The notes under the pieces: model-generated
Told to the model about the DNA's origin: nothing
What the model saw: only the letters and a program-made list of their open reading frames with translations
The model's database searches: none
Part shown: one piece after another, positions 51,001-63,048 of the stretch
How positions within the stretch are numbered: position 1 is the first letter of the stretch
How the letters are laid out: each line of letters starts with the position of its first letter
NCBI GenBank assembly: GCA_048013815.1
Contig: CM106586.1
Coordinates: 19,840,001 to 19,904,000 of the forward strand
Source: Setoptus koraiensis
Lineage: Eukaryota; Animalia; Arthropoda
Direction of reading: 5' to 3'
DNA: 64,000 nucleotides
Translations under genes and position numbers: made by a program

Positions 51001-51162
51001 TCTTGTAGCGCGGTGTTTATCGTTAGCTGGGGGGGACTTACCGTTGAGCATTTGTTCAAAACGTTTCCTGTCGACCTTGACTCGCTCCTCAACCATCCCA
51101 TTGAGATCCTCGCTGACCATCATGTTGCCGGTGGTGTTGGTGTTGTTGTTCGGGTCGCCCAT
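48033..51162 (-). CDS. BicC: Bicaudal-C (KH domains + SAM domain), 913 aa, 3 exons
   Basis: join(51042-51162, 49516-50783, 48033-49385); GT-AG introns, phases 1 and 0. Hallmarks: VDRKRFEQML, FFRKVMQSTNTQIMWPPKLKPGTKSKKDPHVRITG, HSHIIGKGGRSIQRVMDETGCHIHFPDSN, WAGQGFSRSM, and a C-terminal SAM (LSRIGLVQYFGLFSQHDIDLGTLFNLTENDLADLGL). Confidence 0.93.
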
Positions 51163-52773
51163 CTTGGTCAACACACTTACCCACAATGCTCTCCGTCGAG
51201 GGTTGTATCTCAATTGGGGTGACTGGGTGTGGGGGGTCTAGTGAGGTTAGTCTGTGTGTGAGTGAGATTGGGTGAGGAAATTGTGTATCAGCCTTGTCGT
51301 CTTCACGGTTGTCACTAAACAGTGTGTTAGGTAATACAGTTACTTTTATATACTTTATCCTCTTTGTGTCTGGCTGTCTGATACCAACACACTCTGTATT
51401 GGACTGTGTTGGTGTCTATTGGAGACTCTCTATATGTATGTATGTGTGTATGTATCGCTCTCACTTGGTGGCGTTAAACTCAATCACACTTTAGATAATC
51501 AGTGGGAGTTTCTCTGAGTCTCTGTCGTGGGCACAGCGATAATTGTGGTCCATTCACCATTCACAAACCAGTATCGTCATTGTTGTCGCTCCTGTAGCTG
51601 CTGCTGCTTGTTAGATGCTCTGTACCTTGGCTAATTGTTTGGATGTGGCTGCAATTAATGTCCCACTCTCATACGCTGTCTCATATGCTGTATTTGTCGC
51701 CTGACGAATTGATAGCCGCCTTGCAATTTGTTTGTCGCCTTTCGATTTGTGTCTGTCGACGGCCTACAATGTCGCTGTTGCGTTGCATTGGTGCTCGGCG
51801 CGTTTTTCGAGTCCTCGCACAACTTGCTGTTGCTGTTGCCGTATCGGTTGTGTGTGTGCACTGGCCAACAATCGATATACGACAATTATTATTGATTATT
51901 GATTATTTCTTACAAGACGGCTTTTATCGGCTAGGCTCGATACCCATTACACGGCCGTTGTATAACAACATATGATCTGATAATAAATAGCAATGCCTAA
52001 CCAGAGCAACATGTGTGTCAACAATGAGCGCTGCACTGGCATATATAATAGGTGCACAGTGCATAAATCTAGTCTAGTTGGCCACTTCTTTCCCCCCCAT
52101 CCCTGTTTAGTGAGTGCACCAAACACTGTGCCTCACTATGCATGGGCCAGCACAAATCCTATTCAAACACTATTCCTCCCCTTTTTCGCCTTTTCGTCTA
52201 CGCGTGGTACGCGTCCGCCTTTGGCCTGACTCGGCAAATTTGCAACAAATTCACTGGCAACTTGTTAGTTGATTTGCCAACGTTTGGCCTATAGGCGTCG
52301 CACTTCGGCTGCTCCAATGTATGTACGATGCACACTGTTTGTGACACACTTCAGCACCCTCTATATGTTGCGCCCAACTACACTTGCTGCAACTTGCTGG
52401 CGTGCGCACAAACGATAGCTCACAAAACACAATTTAATGAATGTTGTGCATAACTGCAATCAATTAGTGCACCCCTATTCGCGCTTCTGACCCATTTAGT
52501 TTGCCCGACTGCTCGCGCACACACTTTTCGCTTCATGCAAAATTCAATATTGTGCAGCACATAAGAAGAGCCTCGATACTGGCAATATTTCACAGTGAAA
52601 TAATATCTCAACAATTATACGTATATATAGTAATAAATTATTATACAGTGCGGCGCTCGTTGCAGTTGCACCTGAACACCTTGAAGTTCAAACTATGCAG
52701 TTCAAGGCCTTAGCAAGGAGACAAAAATATATTAAACAAAAATGTACATTTTGTTTGTATATATTTTTATTAT

Positions 52774-53880
52774 TTACATAACATTAGCAAATAAGGCCGC
52801 TCTATTCTGGAGTTCGCCACGCTTGACCCAATGCTGATACACTCTAAATGCGCACCCGTCTATTGCCTTCCTCAGAATCTTTATGTGGTAGGGATTGGCT
52901 CTTATGGCTTCGGGGTATAAGGTTTCTGGTGTAAAACGAAGTCTTCTCACTCTAATGGAGGCTCTTACAACAAGACCTAGCACTTTGAATGCCTTATGAG
53001 CGTCAAATTTTTTCGTTGTAAGGCTACCAATGAAATAACTGTGCTGCAGACATTCCGTGGCCGTGATACGCTCAGATGGTTCAACAGTTAATTGGCGTCT
53101 TATTAAATCTTTTGGTGGTTCCGTTATGGTGTCCCATTCTGGGGAACAAAACTCATATTTTCCCTCCATGATGCTCCTGAGCATTATAAGCTGTTTGCGG
53201 TGCCAAAATGGAGGAAATCCGGCCAATAGTGTGTACATGATAACCCCGCAGGCCCAAATATCGACTGCTTGCTCGTATCCGGGCGCATCATCATACATGG
53301 CTGCTCTAAGCAACTCGGGTGCCAAATAACCGGGCGTTCCGCATAGGTCATACAATCTTTCGTTTGGTCCTAGTGTTTTTGCAAAACCAAAATCGCTAAC
53401 TTTGATATTATAATTGTCATCTAATAGTATATTCTCTGGTTTAAGATCACGATGAACAACATTCTTTGAATGTACATAGGCCACTGCTTCAAACAATTGT
53501 TTCATAATCATGCGCGTCTTCTTTTCTGACAGGGCAACAACACTGGTGAGGTAGTCAAATAATTCGCCGTTTTTACACAATTCAAACACTAAAAATATAT
53601 ATGTGCTAGACTCAAAGACATCATATAATTCTATAATGTAGGGATGTCCGGATACTTGTCTCAAAACGTTTATCTCGCGCCAGGTGGCTTGCCGTATTGT
53701 GCAACCAGTGGAGTCTTCCATGTCGCCTGATACATCTATTATTTTAGCGGCATATTCTCTACCTGTTGCCTTTTCGACGCATCTCCTCACGGTGCTTGAT
53801 ACTCCGCGCCCGAGCACTTCTTTTGGCTCGAAACGGGCATAAAATTCGTGGGCCACATCCTTCCCTGGCAGTTCGTCCAT
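52774..53880 (-). CDS. PHKG: Phosphorylase b kinase gamma catalytic subunit, 368 aa, intronless
   Basis: Kinase motifs LGRGVSSTVRRC, YAAKIID, HRDLKPENILL, DFG and CGTPGYLAPE; PPFWHRKQLIMLRSIMEG; calmodulin-binding C-tail (LRKAIDGCAFRVYQHWVKRGELQNRAALF). Confidence 0.96.
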   Translation of the reverse strand: MDELPGKDVAHEFYARFEPKEVLGRGVSSTVRRCVEKATGREYAAKIIDVSGDMEDSTGCTIRQATWREINVLRQVSGHPYIIELYDVFESSTYIFLVFELCKNGELFDYLTSVVALSEKKTRMIMKQLFEAVAYVHSKNVVHRDLKPENILLDDNYNIKVSDFGFAKTLGPNERLYDLCGTPGYLAPELLRAAMYDDAPGYEQAVDIWACGVIMYTLLAGFPPFWHRKQLIMLRSIMEGKYEFCSPEWDTITEPPKDLIRRQLTVEPSERITATECLQHSYFIGSLTTKKFDAHKAFKVLGLVVRASIRVRRLRFTPETLYPEAIRANPYHIKILRKAIDGCAFRVYQHWVKRGELQNRAALFANVM

Positions 53881-55506
53881 AATGTAATGTTAATGCTATG
53901 TATGTTATGCTTGAAGAGAATGCGTAGTGTATGATAAAAGATAATGTATAATTTAGGGTGATAGAGATATAATTTATAATTAACAATGGCTGGCTAGTTT
54001 CATCTTATATTTATATTGATGATTCTAATAATATCGTGGCCCGTTTGTTTATATTTATTTTTTACTTGTGAATGTCGTGTGCGACCGTTTATATAGTGGC
54101 GCAGAATAGCCAGCCGTTATAAACGTCAAACGCTGTGCGTGCGCACAGCGAACAGCCAACAGCGAGCGGATTAGCATAAACTGTATTTATAATCTGAAGA
54201 GATTATGAAATGTTTAATTCCATTGGCTGACAATGTCAGCGTCATGGGTTAGTTTTGAATGAACTGCAATCAATAAATACAATTGTAAACAAATTATCAA
54301 AGGAGTGGAATGATTTTGAAGCGAGATCGAAGGCGAGATTGGGTACGAGCCGAGAGATTAAGCAGTATGCAAAGAATGGATGTAGTGACGTTTGTTGTGT
54401 ATGAGCGATTATCATTTTGGAAAACATGACCACGGCGCTAGTGTCGTAGGTCTGGCGGGTTCGTGCCGTCGCTAATGAGTCGTGACCAGCGCCTTTGACG
54501 TGATAGTGACAGCATACACAGCTACAGGCTTAATCTGGTAGATTTCCCAATTTTCGTCAGTTGTTTGTTTGTTTTCCACGCTCGATTGGACGCTTGGTGT
54601 CTCAACTTCATGTACTAGGTTTGCACGTGCAGCGTTCGCGTGAAAAGCTTCCCAGAGGCGACCTATCGATGGGCCGCTGCGTAATTGATCGCCAGCAATT
54701 GATGATTGGCAATAATAGACAACAACGATAGCGATTGATAACAGTGGCAAGCGCTGCAGGCGAAACAATTCACCGCGGCAACAGGTGAACAAGGAAGCGA
54801 ATTATCCCCTTCCATTTGCATCTCGATCGACTCGCACTGGTCACACAACAAGCCATAGACAACGAGAACAAGCGAGCTCCAAAGTGAGCTGCTCCTCGGA
54901 GCGTGCAGCTCTAATGACATACGGCGAGATATCATTTTGCGATCATTTTGTGTGTTTGCCATAATAATTGTGTGTAGACTCAAAAATATCGTTTCGCTTT
55001 GGTGATGTTGATTGTGGTGATGTGATTGTGGTGATGTGATTGCCAATTGTGTTATCACAAATAGTTACGATGACGAGAGAGAGATAATGATACCGGCACA
55101 CTCATATAGCCGAGCGCCACCAAACAGATCACGCCGATATTAGGCCGTCAGCATCCCTCAGCATACAACTTGTACGGTTCAGAAGTGAGCGTTCGATCAA
55201 CAATTGTCAACTTGTTTATACCATCGTTGCACCACCGTATTTTTTTTGTTTTGTTTCAAAGAACTCCTTCGCCGAGAACTTTCCCCATCAACGTCACAGC
55301 CGTATCTCGGCTAGGTGTTCGAGTGTCAACTAATGGTCTTGATGGCAGCAAGCGCGGCGGAGAGAGCGCAAAACAAGACAATAGACACTTTTTGCTGGCT
55401 GGCCGAATTGTTAGCGAACACTTTTTATTACATAAACTCTCCCTGATCTCGAAATACAGCGCTCGCTTCGAGAGTCGCCAGTTTTTTGCACACCTCGCAC
55501 CGACAC

Positions 55507-55642
55507 TCAGATACACAGCACCAACAGATTCACAGCACCGATAGATACACAACACCGATAGATGCAGAACACCAATAGATACACAACACCGATAGATGCA
55601 GAACACCAATAGATACACAACACCGATAGATACACAACACAG
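55507..55642 (+). repeat. 17-bp minisatellite, 8 units, with alternating A/B variants
   Basis: A = atagatacacaacaccg, B = atagatgcagaacacca; order is 2 degenerate units, then A B A B A A'. Confidence 0.92.
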
Positions 55643-55793
55643 ATAGGGGCAGATCGGCATCACATCGGATTACATAGGAAGTTTAAGCAGATCGTATCGG
55701 TTCCAAACTGACGAGTGAAAGTGACAAGCCAGACGAGCCCTGTACACAGATGATGCCAGCAGAGGATCAGCTGAAGATGCAGCTCGATTTATT

Positions 55794-57188
55794 TTGAGTC
55801 TAAGTTTGAATCACCCACGAAATAGACCAATCGAAACCAATCAGCCTCAAAATGACCAATCAGCAGCAGCACATTTGTTCGCACCAACGTTATCATCAGA
55901 CGTGATAATAATGCTGCACAATCCACAACTGTCAGTTTATTTGAGGAAACGATTATCTGACGAGCAACAAGTGCACGGTATCAACAGCAGCAGCTTTGTG
56001 AGAACAACATTGAAGAAGCAAGCAGATAAAATCAAGAGAGCGCGAATAGTCGCCGATAGTGGCCTCAACAAATTGCTTCGTTCCTCTCCGTTCGTTTTGC
56101 TCGCCTTTGTGATAATGTTTCTCGTGCAAGGTGTCCAACAGCAGCAAAATGAGCGCCCACAACAGCCCCAAAATCATCGCTGGCTTACCTCACCTTACAG
56201 TGTCGAAAACAGTTTTAACACAACAGATAATATGCACAATTTGCACAATATGCACAGTAGAGATGCCAATCAGAGAATATCTACCACTCATTTGAGTTTT
56301 ATGAGCGCCTCAGCGCCCAGACAAAACAACCACCAAAGTGATGCAGTGCAAATGAACTTGCGCAGGCAAAATCGCCACAATCACGCCAACAATGTCGCCC
56401 TCAATAGGGACAGCGACAACAATAACCCGTCAGCAGAGGCCCGCAGCGGCAACATTGTGGGCTCCAGTGTGACACGGCCGCAAATTGCAACTAGAGCGCG
56501 CCCTCTGGCCGCATACGAGTACTGGCCCGTCGTGTCCGAGGGCGCGCTTAGCGAGCCCGGCAGACAGGAAGCGGCCACCGGGTACCGGGCCACTTTGGGC
56601 AGCATGCTGCACGGGTCGCCCTCCTCGGCTCGGGACGCCCTGTCGCAGCAACTCAGCGAGCTGCAGCAGCAGCAACCGCCCCAGTATCAGCAACAAGCGC
56701 GGCACCAGCAACCGGAAGCCCAGGTGAACAGACTTAGTGAGAAGAATCAACGATCGTCGTCGCATTACAGCTCGTACAAGATTCGCAATTTGCTGCCGAA
56801 ACCGTTGCCCCTGAAGGCGACAACGCCGTCGTCGGACGAGTACGAAGACGACAGCGCCGCCGCCCCGGCCGAGGACAACGGATCAGAGGAAAATAGCGGG
56901 TCCGATCACGACATGACCGGATCTAACGTGCACGAGAGCGCCGCCAGCGCAACGGATAATAACGCCAACGACGACAATGGCGAGACCGAGGCCGACACGA
57001 CGCCCACAAGTGATTTGTCGGACGAACGAACAACAAACGACAACAACGAAGAAACAGCGGATAGCGCCTCAGAGCTGTCCGCTGCCATGCACGGGCCCCA
57101 GTATCCGCCCGGCGACGCGGACAAATTGTACACCGACGGTTTGTTGGTTTATGTGAAAGATTTCAATCAGTTTATAGGGCAACCATGA
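55794..57188 (+). CDS. Uncharacterised signal-anchored or secreted low-complexity protein (464-aa ORF)
   Basis: 1395-bp open frame; one hydrophobic segment (PFVLLAFVIMFLVQG); Q/N-rich and D/E-rich tracts; ordered-looking C-terminus (GDADKLYTDGLLVYVKDFNQFI). The first true ATG is at 55911; no family recognised. Confidence 0.7.
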   Translation: MSLSLNHPRNRPIETNQPQNDQSAAAHLFAPTLSSDVIIMLHNPQLSVYLRKRLSDEQQVHGINSSSFVRTTLKKQADKIKRARIVADSGLNKLLRSSPFVLLAFVIMFLVQGVQQQQNERPQQPQNHRWLTSPYSVENSFNTTDNMHNLHNMHSRDANQRISTTHLSFMSASAPRQNNHQSDAVQMNLRRQNRHNHANNVALNRDSDNNNPSAEARSGNIVGSSVTRPQIATRARPLAAYEYWPVVSEGALSEPGRQEAATGYRATLGSMLHGSPSSARDALSQQLSELQQQQPPQYQQQARHQQPEAQVNRLSEKNQRSSSHYSSYKIRNLLPKPLPLKATTPSSDEYEDDSAAAPAEDNGSEENSGSDHDMTGSNVHESAASATDNNANDDNGETEADTTPTSDLSDERTTNDNNEETADSASELSAAMHGPQYPPGDADKLYTDGLLVYVKDFNQFIGQP

Positions 57189-57488
57189 TGACCGGCTCGA
57201 TGGTCGTGTCACGCGTTTAATTAGTGTGCTGACAAAACAATGGCCACCATAAACAATATCATTCAATATAATCCGTGTATAAATTGGGGCCCGCTCGCTT
57301 GGTGTTACGTTGCCGTTGGCCCTGTCTTGCTGCTGTAAATTGTACTGTGTCTCTCTTTCTCTCTCGCTGTCCCTCTCTCTCTCTCTCTCTCTCTCTGTCT
57401 CTTTCTCTGTTTTATTTGTTTTGAGTTTTTGAGTAAACGTATTAGTCGATTGCGGTAATTAATTAATTCATCGATGGCTCGTGGCCAA

Positions 57489-59970
57489 TTATTCCTCTTC
57501 TTCCTCGTCCTCCTCTTCCTCGTATTCTTCCTCGTCTTCCTCTTCTTCCTCTTCCTCCTCTTCTTCCTCCTCCTCTTCCTCTTCGCGAGCGGGCGGTTGT
57601 TGCTGCTGCTTGCTAGCAGTGTTTGAATTTGTCGACATTTGGCTGCTTCGACGACGCTGAGAATTACTATTGTCCGTCTGTTGTTTGGTTGGAAGAATTG
57701 TTGAAGTTCGCCGACTTCCCGCTTCGCTGCCTTGTTTGTTCTCCATGAAACCCTTCAATTTATCCACTAGCTCATCAGTTTCATCGTCGTCGCTGTCGTC
57801 GTAAACCGTTTTGGCCTCAATAACGTCCTTGCGCGGCGCCGACGGGTCCCATTTGGGTACGTGCTTGTCGCCGTGCACCTCCTTGAACGAGCTAATCTTG
57901 TTCTGCCACTCGTTGTCCGTGGACTCCTTGATGAGCTCCACGTATTTCTGTCGTAAATTGGGTGCAAACAAATAAATCGTTAATTATACGGTATTACACG
58001 GTATTACACGGTATTATACGGTAACAGGTGAAAATGAGACAATTTTGTGACGATTTTGTGACAATTTTGTGACTTAATTGCAGCAAATTCAATGGCTATA
58101 CTCACCCCGTTGAACAGTTCGGTCTTTTCGCCAAACGTCCGTCTGTCTATCCTGCGCTCGTACTTGCTCGCAAGCCTTACTTTGGGCGGATATTTACCGG
58201 ATAAATCCCTGTTTGCGCACGTTCAATTCAACATTTATTCAAAATATATTTAATTAGTAGGTGCATGTTAATTAGCAGGTTGCACAAGAGTTTCTTTGCC
58301 CACTTGGGCTGCCATTTGAGGCATCACTCACTCTAGTTCCAGGCCCATCTTCAGGGCCTTGTTCTTGTTGATCTGTTTCTGTCTTTCTGTGAGCTCCTTG
58401 AGCTGTTGTCGCGTTTGAGCCAATGAGACGACAAGCAGGATGAGATAAGTTTTAAGTGAGTCATGTGTTGTAAACGAGATTGAAATTGACAATTAATTAT
58501 TAATTAATCAGTCGCTATTATCGAGCCGTTGGCTGGCCGAAGCAGCCTTAAACTCACGTGATATTCCTGGCGCTTCTGTTCCTCCTCTAGGTCGTATTTA
58601 TCACTCTCGAGCTGTATGATCTGATCCCACAAATCGTTGACCGCCTTCTTCAGATCGGCCCCACTGAGGCCCTGTATTTTGAGTGGTTTGACGCGAAACT
58701 TCATTGCAATCTTCTTGTCTTCGGCTAGTTGCTCTTTGGTTTTCATCACTGGGAGTGTTCGAGTTGTTTCAGTGTGCACAATAATAATACGACCATAAGT
58801 AATCATTGTAAAACAATAATTACAATGATCAAAAACGCAACAATTGCGTTTCACGCGAGTTGGGGTGCAAAATTGCGGAAATTGCGGAAATTGTCAAAAT
58901 TGTCAAAATTATCCGTTCAAGCTATTGAGTGCAAAAACAGCACACGTGTCAAAAACAGATAATTCATAGACTCACCATCTTGCATGCCGAATATAACAGG
59001 GCCAGTGTCCATTGGAATGGATCCATTGGTCTTTTTGGGCACAATAAAGTTTCTTCTATTGGCCTCGTCTCGTGCCTTGATGGCCTGTTGCATGGCCAGA
59101 CGCTTCTTCTCGGCCTCCTCTAATCTGAGCCGTTTGGCTTCGGCCTCTTTTTGTTTCTTTTCCTCTTGTTCTCTTTGGCGTTGCTCATCTTGTTTCCTGA
59201 ACATCTCTTGCATCAGTTGCTCTTGCTCGGCGCGCTGGGCCTTTCGCCTGGCCTATGTTTTTTGGTATTTGGTATTCGATGTTCATGTTGATTATTTAAT
59301 GAGTTATTATTTATTCATTAATGAAAGGGGGCGCCAAAAACAACACTGGCCACACGAAGCATAACGATGCACAACTTTTGCAGGATTTCAAGCTAATATT
59401 GAACAAAAATATCGTTGCAATCGCAAACTAAGACAACAACAACAATCAATTTTTTCATCGTGATTTGTTGGTTTAGCCATATTGACGCTAAACAGATTTA
59501 GCGAATTGGTCGAACAAAACATATCACTAATTACAAGAAATAAATGGTCAAAATTCACGCAATTATGTGCAACAACTATCATTCGAACACAACTATCGAA
59601 CGGCCTGATTAGCGTATCGGTTCGAATTTGAATTCGAATTTGATTCGGGCAACATGGTTGCTTGCTACTCGAGAATCTCGAGCCGAGATGCTCCACGAGC
59701 CCATTGAAGTGTGCTTGTCCTGTCTAGTGACTGGCTGTAGTTTAAGTTGTAGCTTGTTGTTGTGTCGCCTGAGTTGTGTCGCCCAATCACTAATTGGCAA
59801 TTAGTTTGTTGTGTTAATTAACTCACCTGTCGCTCTTTCAGCTTCCTCAGATCGTCTTCTTCTTTTGCGCGAGCCTTTGCTCTTTGTTCGAGATATTCTT
59901 GCCATACTTGTTGCTCTTCTTGGCGCTTCTTTTTCAGTTTCTCTTCAATGGCTATCTCGGCCTCACTCAT
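57489..59970 (-). CDS. TnT: Troponin T, about 414 aa, 6 coding exons, poly-Glu tail
   Basis: join(59827-59970, 58976-59252, 58558-58748, 58332-58402, 58106-58208, 57489-57947); all introns are GT-AG and phases are consistent (0,1,0,2,0). Motifs: EEDDLRKLKERQARRK, RLRLEEAEKKRLAMQQA, KTKEQLAEDKKIAMKFRVKPL, LESDKYDLEEEQKRQEY, GKYPPKVRLASKYERRID; C-terminal poly-E as in protostome TnT. Confidence 0.94.
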
Positions 59971-61104
59971 ATTGTCTCTGTCGTTTGTTTGTGCTGATTA
60001 TTGTGTCGTAATGGATTGTCTTATCTGTTTGATGATGAGCCTGGTGATATGATGCAACTCTACACTCAACACTGTGCTGGTCACTTGTGGCGTCCACTAA
60101 TCAGCTGCCAAACAGCGCCTTGTGTGTGCGCAGTGCTATCTAGTCGCTATATCAGACTGACTTGTCACTCTATTTAGATTTTGTTTATTGGCCCAACTGT
60201 GAGCGTTGATTGGGGGCGACCAATAAACAAGCAAGATAATTAATCTCTTGCTATGTGTGAGTGCTGATTGATGCAACTGCTGATGGGTAGCGAGAGAAAA
60301 GGCTGGCCGTAGGTAAATAAACTTGGTAAGTGGCAACGATTAACGACATTGGCACGACATAATAGCGACAGTAATTGAAAGTGACTAACTAGTTTGACTA
60401 AATTAGCAAACGAGCGATGGCAGGCCGCTCAAACGAGAGCGCTCGCAAATCTCAATCGGGCGCCAGGGCGAGGAGCGCAGCGAGCGACAGTTTAGCGCAC
60501 AGCGAGCTCGCGAACGCAGCTAGGCGCTGTCGTCTTGGCGCCTGTCAGCGGCGGAGGCGTTGTCAAGTAATCTGTTGTTGTTTGACGCTTTAGTTGGTTT
60601 CACAACAGCACTCGCTGGATGTGAATAGACGCGCTGGATGTGAATATACGTGAATGCAACGAGACTCGACCGCGAGAGGCCGATATTCACGCTTTGCCTT
60701 GCCACACGCTGCGTGGGCGAGACGCTGCGTGGGCGAGACGCTGCGCGGCCGCGATGTCGCCGGAGAGCGCCGGAAAGCGAGCACCTATGCGCGCTTTGAT
60801 TTGTTGCCATCGTCGCCAGTGAGTTGTTGTTGTTGTTGTCGTGTCGGTTTGATAACGCTTGTTAATTAGAATTGTTTGTTGGCCCGCTCGGCGACACGCA
60901 TACGGCGACACACGGCGACATACGCGACGCATAGCGACACATATATTAATAACAGGCGGCGGATATTCGCGGGTATTAGCAATGCGAAGCTCGAAGCAGA
61001 TTTGCACATCGGGACGCTCGCCCAGGAATGGCAACTTCATTTTATCCGCAGATGGATAAAATAAAATGAATGAAAATAATCAGCATACTTTGCCAATGGC
61101 GCAG

Positions 61105-61124
61105 TTGTGTGCGTGTGTGTGTGC

Positions 61125-61158
<34 letters not shown>
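61105..61158 (+). repeat. Compound (GT)n/(GCGT)n microsatellite
   Basis: Read directly. Confidence 0.9.
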
Positions 61159-61167
<9 letters not shown>

Positions 61168-62632
61168 CGTGTGTGTGTGCCAGTGGCAAAGAGAAAAGAA
61201 TGAATGGTAATTGAGAGTGTCGCTGTTATTATCAAGTCCGACTGTTATTATCGTGCCGTGCGATTTTGCCCGGCCCGCCGCCGTCCAGGGCGCCCCAAAA
61301 GTATGGCGCACATTGCTAGCGCGCGACAACGGTGTGCCGGCGTCGCTTGCGTTCGCTTCTGACGCCTCGTTGTTGCCATCGGCACAGATAGACAAACTGC
61401 GCGCGCCAGTGCCCGAGCGACACGCTGTACGCCCACATGTGTCAGTAGCGGCGCTACTTTGCATACTTGTCTACTTGTTACGCAACACACATTGTTTTAA
61501 TATACAACGACGACGACGACGACGACGACAACGACAACAACAACATACTAGCCGACTAGACAATGCAACACACAGTACACAGTATATGTGCTGCAGCAAT
61601 GGGTGATATATGGGTGATACAAACGGATATACACAGACGCAGTGAGTGTGTCTCGGCCGAGATTTAATTGAACAATGAAATGGTATTTAAAGATGGCGTC
61701 GTCACTGGCTGCGACGAATGTCACCAGCAACGCGGATGTACAAATACACACAAACATACATACATATGAATATGAATATAAATATCCAGCCAGCGACAGT
61801 TTGTGACAACCAGCCAAGAAATGGAGCAACGTTGTAACTCGCTCTAATTCACACGCTGCTTCGCTCGCTTTCGTCTTTTATTTCAATGGCTCTAATATAT
61901 TTGTGTGGGCCACATGCAATTCGCCCCAGTGTGCGAATCGGATAATATTTGTACGGCTCCAGTCGCTTGCGCGTTACACAACAATAGATTGCATTGCCAG
62001 CCAGCTCGAATTGATGCACGCCGACATGCACGCCGACATGCACGCAGAGAGGCGCTAATCACGGCGGCCCGCTCATTGCAAAATTGTGCCACAGCTCGGC
62101 TACAGCGGCCGCGGACTATAGCGCCGTTCGCGACTGCGGCGACTATAGCGACTGCGGCGACTATAGCGACCATGGCGACTGCGGCGGCTGTGCCACGGCG
62201 ACGTTCGCCACTTTTTTCGTTGACATTGTCGCCGTTTGCCAGCACGCCGACACAATGGCGACCGGCGACATGCGTTACATAATCCAGTGCGCTACTGTCA
62301 CCACCACTATTCAATTCGATTCATTCCAGCGAGTCGCATATCATTCACATATTTGGCCCTCATTCATGCCATCGTCGTCTGCTGTTGCTGCCGTTGTTGG
62401 CGCTGTTGTTGTTGCCGCTGTTGCCGTTGTTGCCGCTGTTGCCGCCGCTGTTGTTGTTGCTGCTGTTGTTGCTGTTGTTGGCGCTGTTGTTGTCGCGATC
62501 ATCATGCACAATTTAACAGTTAATTTATGCGCAGGCTCTCGCAGCGACGAGTCTATTAGTTGACTCGTTTAAACCGCTCCTCTGATTGTCCCTCTGTCGC
62601 TGTTGCCAGTGTCGCTGTTGTCGGCATGTCTC

Positions 62633-62648
62633 CAACAACAACAACACC

Positions 62649-62710
<62 letters not shown>
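62633..62710 (+). repeat. (CAA)n trinucleotide tract
   Basis: Read directly; one interruption near 62647. Confidence 0.93.
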
Positions 62711-63048
62711 CTGCACCGCCACTAGCAACAGTCGCAAATAATGAGCGCTAGACACACCTCTCGCGCAATATCCAAACTAGGCTCTGCTCACTTCCGCTCG
62801 CCGCTATAAACACCTTGCGCCGCTTGCGCGGCGCGCTTACGTAACATGACCGTTTATTTGACTGCAGATGCCGTTGAGCGCATGCGCCGCTCACAATATC
62901 ATCATTTTGTCAGCTACCAACTATTGATGTGACCAATGTCGTTTTCAAAATCGTTGTTAGTAACTGTTGCGACCAATCCAACTGTCGCAACAGCAGCGCC
63001 CGTTCGGCCGCAATCGTGCCAGCGGGCCGCGAAAACTGATCGCAGCGA

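Noticed and set aside
54242-55058. Minus-strand ORFs with hydrophobic stretches upstream of PhK-gamma
   Set aside because: Different frames with no linking splice sites and no homology recognised.
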